Part shown: one piece after another, positions 62,001-64,000 of the stretch | Numbering within the stretch: position 1 is the first letter of the stretch | Layout of the letters: every line of letters starts with the position of its first letter | IMG/VR virus record: IMGVR_UViG_3300045988_165550 | Location: 32,001 to 96,000 of that record | Source of the DNA: a virus | Strand: one strand, 5' to 3' | Length of the DNA stretch: 64,000 bases | Program-made: the position numbers and the translations under genes | Notes under the pieces: model-generated | What the model saw: the letters and a program-made list of their open reading frames with translations, nothing else | Databases searched by the model: none | What the model was told of the DNA's origin: nothing

Positions 62001-63126
62001 TGCAACCTTCAGAATTATCAGCATCTCGAATGGTAAGACTTATTACACCATCATGCAGTGTGACCAGGGCGATATTAACCAGTTCTATGATGATAGCGGT
62101 GCAGTGTTCCCTACCTTTGGAGGAACTAACTGCCCTACGGTGATATTCCTGGTTTATGATTCAGAGAATAGTGCCAAGTCTATCGTGGTGCCTGATGCCA
62201 ACATCAAGTGGTTTGTGAATGGCGTGGAACTCGCCTTCTCCGGACAGATTTCTACCAACAAATTCAACGGCAGCGAAACCGGTCATTTCAAGCGCATCAC
62301 CAAAACCATTAACGGTGTAAACATCCAGTGCCTTCAGATTATCAAGAATCTGACGGGCATTAACAGTAGAAGTTCATTTGCCATCACTGCCACCGCTACG
62401 GGTTTGGTAGAGAATACAAGCACCGAACTTTCCGCCCAGTTCCCTGTGACTATTGCCTATGGTGATACATCATCCAAGAAAGTAAGAATCCAGTCTCCTG
62501 CCAGCTATAAGGGTACTCCTTTCACCATTGAGGCGAGAGGTGGACAATGCCAGATTCAGGCCGTGGTTGTAACAAACTCGGGCGAAGGCTTCACGGTGGA
62601 TGGCTATTTCTTTGAATGGTTCCAGCAGAAGGACGGCGCATGGACGAACCTTAATACTGATTCGGGGGCACATACGCTTACCGTATTGGAGACGATGGTT
62701 AACGGCAGTGCGTTGTTCATGTGCAAGGTGTATAGCGACGCAGGTAAACAGAATCTCTATGGCACGGATATTTGTAGCGTCAATGATATTTCCGACCCTT
62801 GGCAGGTTTTCCCTAACCCTGTGGCTAGCGAGACGAGCGACAAGCCTGCTACGCTGGTCTGCGTAAAGGGGAGCGGTATAGCTGCTGTCTTCAAGCCTTA
62901 CGTTAAATCAGGTTCCAACAAGCTTGCCGCTGACAAATGTTCATTCACCATGGGCTTGTTTAATTCAGCAGGAACCAAGCTCAACGGAAAAGATTCGGCG
63001 GGCTACAATCCTCCGTTCCTTGATTCCGATAAGAAGACGGTTTTCGTGATTCCGGAGCCGTTTATCTCAGACAATGGTGGTATTGACGGCGAGATTGTCT
63101 GTGAGATTACCGAAACTCAAAAATAG
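61987..63126 (+). CDS. Tail-fibre-module protein (beta-rich, Ig-like character)
   Basis: 379-aa ORF overlapping the previous gene by 14 nt. Confidence 0.6.
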   Translation: MSKSSATFRIISISNGKTYYTIMQCDQGDINQFYDDSGAVFPTFGGTNCPTVIFLVYDSENSAKSIVVPDANIKWFVNGVELAFSGQISTNKFNGSETGHFKRITKTINGVNIQCLQIIKNLTGINSRSSFAITATATGLVENTSTELSAQFPVTIAYGDTSSKKVRIQSPASYKGTPFTIEARGGQCQIQAVVVTNSGEGFTVDGYFFEWFQQKDGAWTNLNTDSGAHTLTVLETMVNGSALFMCKVYSDAGKQNLYGTDICSVNDISDPWQVFPNPVASETSDKPATLVCVKGSGIAAVFKPYVKSGSNKLAADKCSFTMGLFNSAGTKLNGKDSAGYNPPFLDSDKKTVFVIPEPFISDNGGIDGEIVCEITETQK

Positions 63127-63132
63127 TTAGTT

Positions 63133-64000
63133 ATGACATTAGTTCGTGGAACGTTTAATATATCTAGCGTAGCAAACGGTGAGGATGCAGTCTCTTACGA
63201 GATTGTACCCTCTACCCGTTCGTTGCTCATAGAAGCTAATGGTAACTGGGCAGACGGCACGACAACAAGCGAGGGGTATGCCAAGATTACTTGTTCGGTA
63301 TACAAGGTGGTCGGTTCCCAGCGAGAGTTGTGTATCGAGAAGTTGTACTATGTTGCGGACGGCGCTTTCATTAAAAGTTTTGCGTTCGATAAGGGTGTTT
63401 TTACTCTACTGATCCCCCGCAGTGCCACTGTAGTGGATGTTTCCGTCTTTGCTAGGGATAAAACTACAAATAAGTCTATCGGTGATCCGCTCGCTATGAT
63501 AAGCATCCCTATCATCCATAATGGAGCCAATGGCACCAGCGGCGCATCTCTCTTATGTCAGTATTCCGCTGATAATACAAATTGGCACGACGGATTTACT
63601 CCAGGCGACGTGTGGATGCGACAAAAACTGAGCACCGACATTGTCTGGAGCGGCTCGATGCGCATTGTAGGCGAGCCGGGAAAGTCTGGCGCGAACGGCA
63701 GTTACACGGAATACTCTTTCGGCATCAGCGCAACAGAGAGCGTGGCGAGCTCGGCAATTTCCCCCGGTGTTGAAACTTGGCATGATATGCCTATCCCTAC
63801 CACAAAAGATAAGCCTTATCTGTGGATGAGGGTTATCAAGGTAGATAAAAAGGGCAATGAGTCTGAGCCAGCTTATTCTCGTCTGAACGGCAAGGATGGC
63901 AACAACGGAACGTCGGTGAGCATCAAAGGCTCGAAACCTTCATCTTCTGCGCTGCCTAGCTCCGGTCAGAAGATGGGCGACTGCTATCTTATCAATGGTG
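63133..64000 (+). CDS. Tail-fibre-like protein, 5-prime partial (runs off the window); absent from the ORF track
   Basis: Translated by hand from the ATG at 63133 with no stop to position 64000. Contains KPYLWMRVIKVDKKGNES and the Gly-rich NGKDGNNGTSVSIKG, both typical of phage fibre shafts. Confidence 0.6.
   Translation, partial: MTLVRGTFNISSVANGEDAVSYEIVPSTRSLLIEANGNWADGTTTSEGYAKITCSVYKVVGSQRELCIEKLYYVADGAFIKSFAFDKGVFTLLIPRSATVVDVSVFARDKTTNKSIGDPLAMISIPIIHNGANGTSGASLLCQYSADNTNWHDGFTPGDVWMRQKLSTDIVWSGSMRIVGEPGKSGANGSYTEYSFGISATESVASSAISPGVETWHDMPIPTTKDKPYLWMRVIKVDKKGNESEPAYSRLNGKDGNNGTSVSIKGSKPSSSALPSSGQKMGDCYLING

Noticed and set aside
1-64000. Genome-wide stop-codon reassignment (TAG or TGA recoding), as seen in some gut phages.
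   Set aside because: Long uninterrupted ORFs with recognisable motifs are obtained with the standard code across all modules. I saw no series of same-frame ORF fragments separated by a single recurrent stop. Only the local capsid TAG context is kept as a low-interest finding.
1-64000. Prophage boundaries, integrase or att sites.
   Set aside because: No tyrosine or serine recombinase motif was recognised in any ORF, and phage-type genes continue to both window edges. The status (virulent or temperate) cannot be decided from this window.
58157-64000. Diversity-generating retroelement targeting the fibre genes.
   Set aside because: No reverse transcriptase ORF is present, and I found no template/variable repeat pair (an adenine-mismatched duplicate) in or near the fibre genes.

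Overview
The whole 64 kb window reads as a contiguous piece of a large tailed-phage genome, or a prophage interior. I saw no host flanks, rRNA, tRNA, CRISPR array or integrase. At least 12 intergenic sites carry the Bacteroidota sigma-A -7 box TAnnTTTG at a sensible distance from a start codon, so a Bacteroidales-type host is inferred.

Layout:
- 0.2-16.2 kb: a + strand array of about 30 small, mostly unrecognisable early-type genes. It includes two radical-SAM proteins, two GNATs, an ASCH-like protein and a PD-(D/E)XK-like nuclease.
- 16.4-22.7 kb: a minus-strand packaging unit with the large terminase, a DNA methyltransferase and a candidate small terminase. It is interrupted by a + strand multi-zinc-ribbon nuclease gene that has its own promoter and terminator.
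- 22.97-31.1 kb: holin through a 2095-aa tape measure protein.
- 31.15-32.0 kb: an 880-bp repeat-dense non-coding region that looks like an origin.
- 32.0-37 kb: a replication and nucleotide module with a VirE/BT4734-type primase-like protein, a guanylate-kinase-like kinase and a divergent ThyX.
- 37.8-41.5 kb: head genes, namely an S49 protease-scaffold fusion and the major capsid protein.
- 41.9-42.8 kb: a self-contained LysR regulator cassette.
- 45.15 kb onward: a GH108 endolysin, a portal-like protein and a long baseplate and fibre module that runs off the window.

Most noteworthy:
- A catalytically intact beta-ketoacyl-ACP synthase and an acyl carrier protein are embedded in the tail and baseplate operon.
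- A 25-nt hairpin element occurs five times in one orientation, twice inside genes in the same reading frame.
- 7-bp-periodic YTATAAA arrays flank the terminase and portal genes.
- A G10 tract splits an otherwise intact gene.

All functional calls rest on motifs read by eye. No searches were run.
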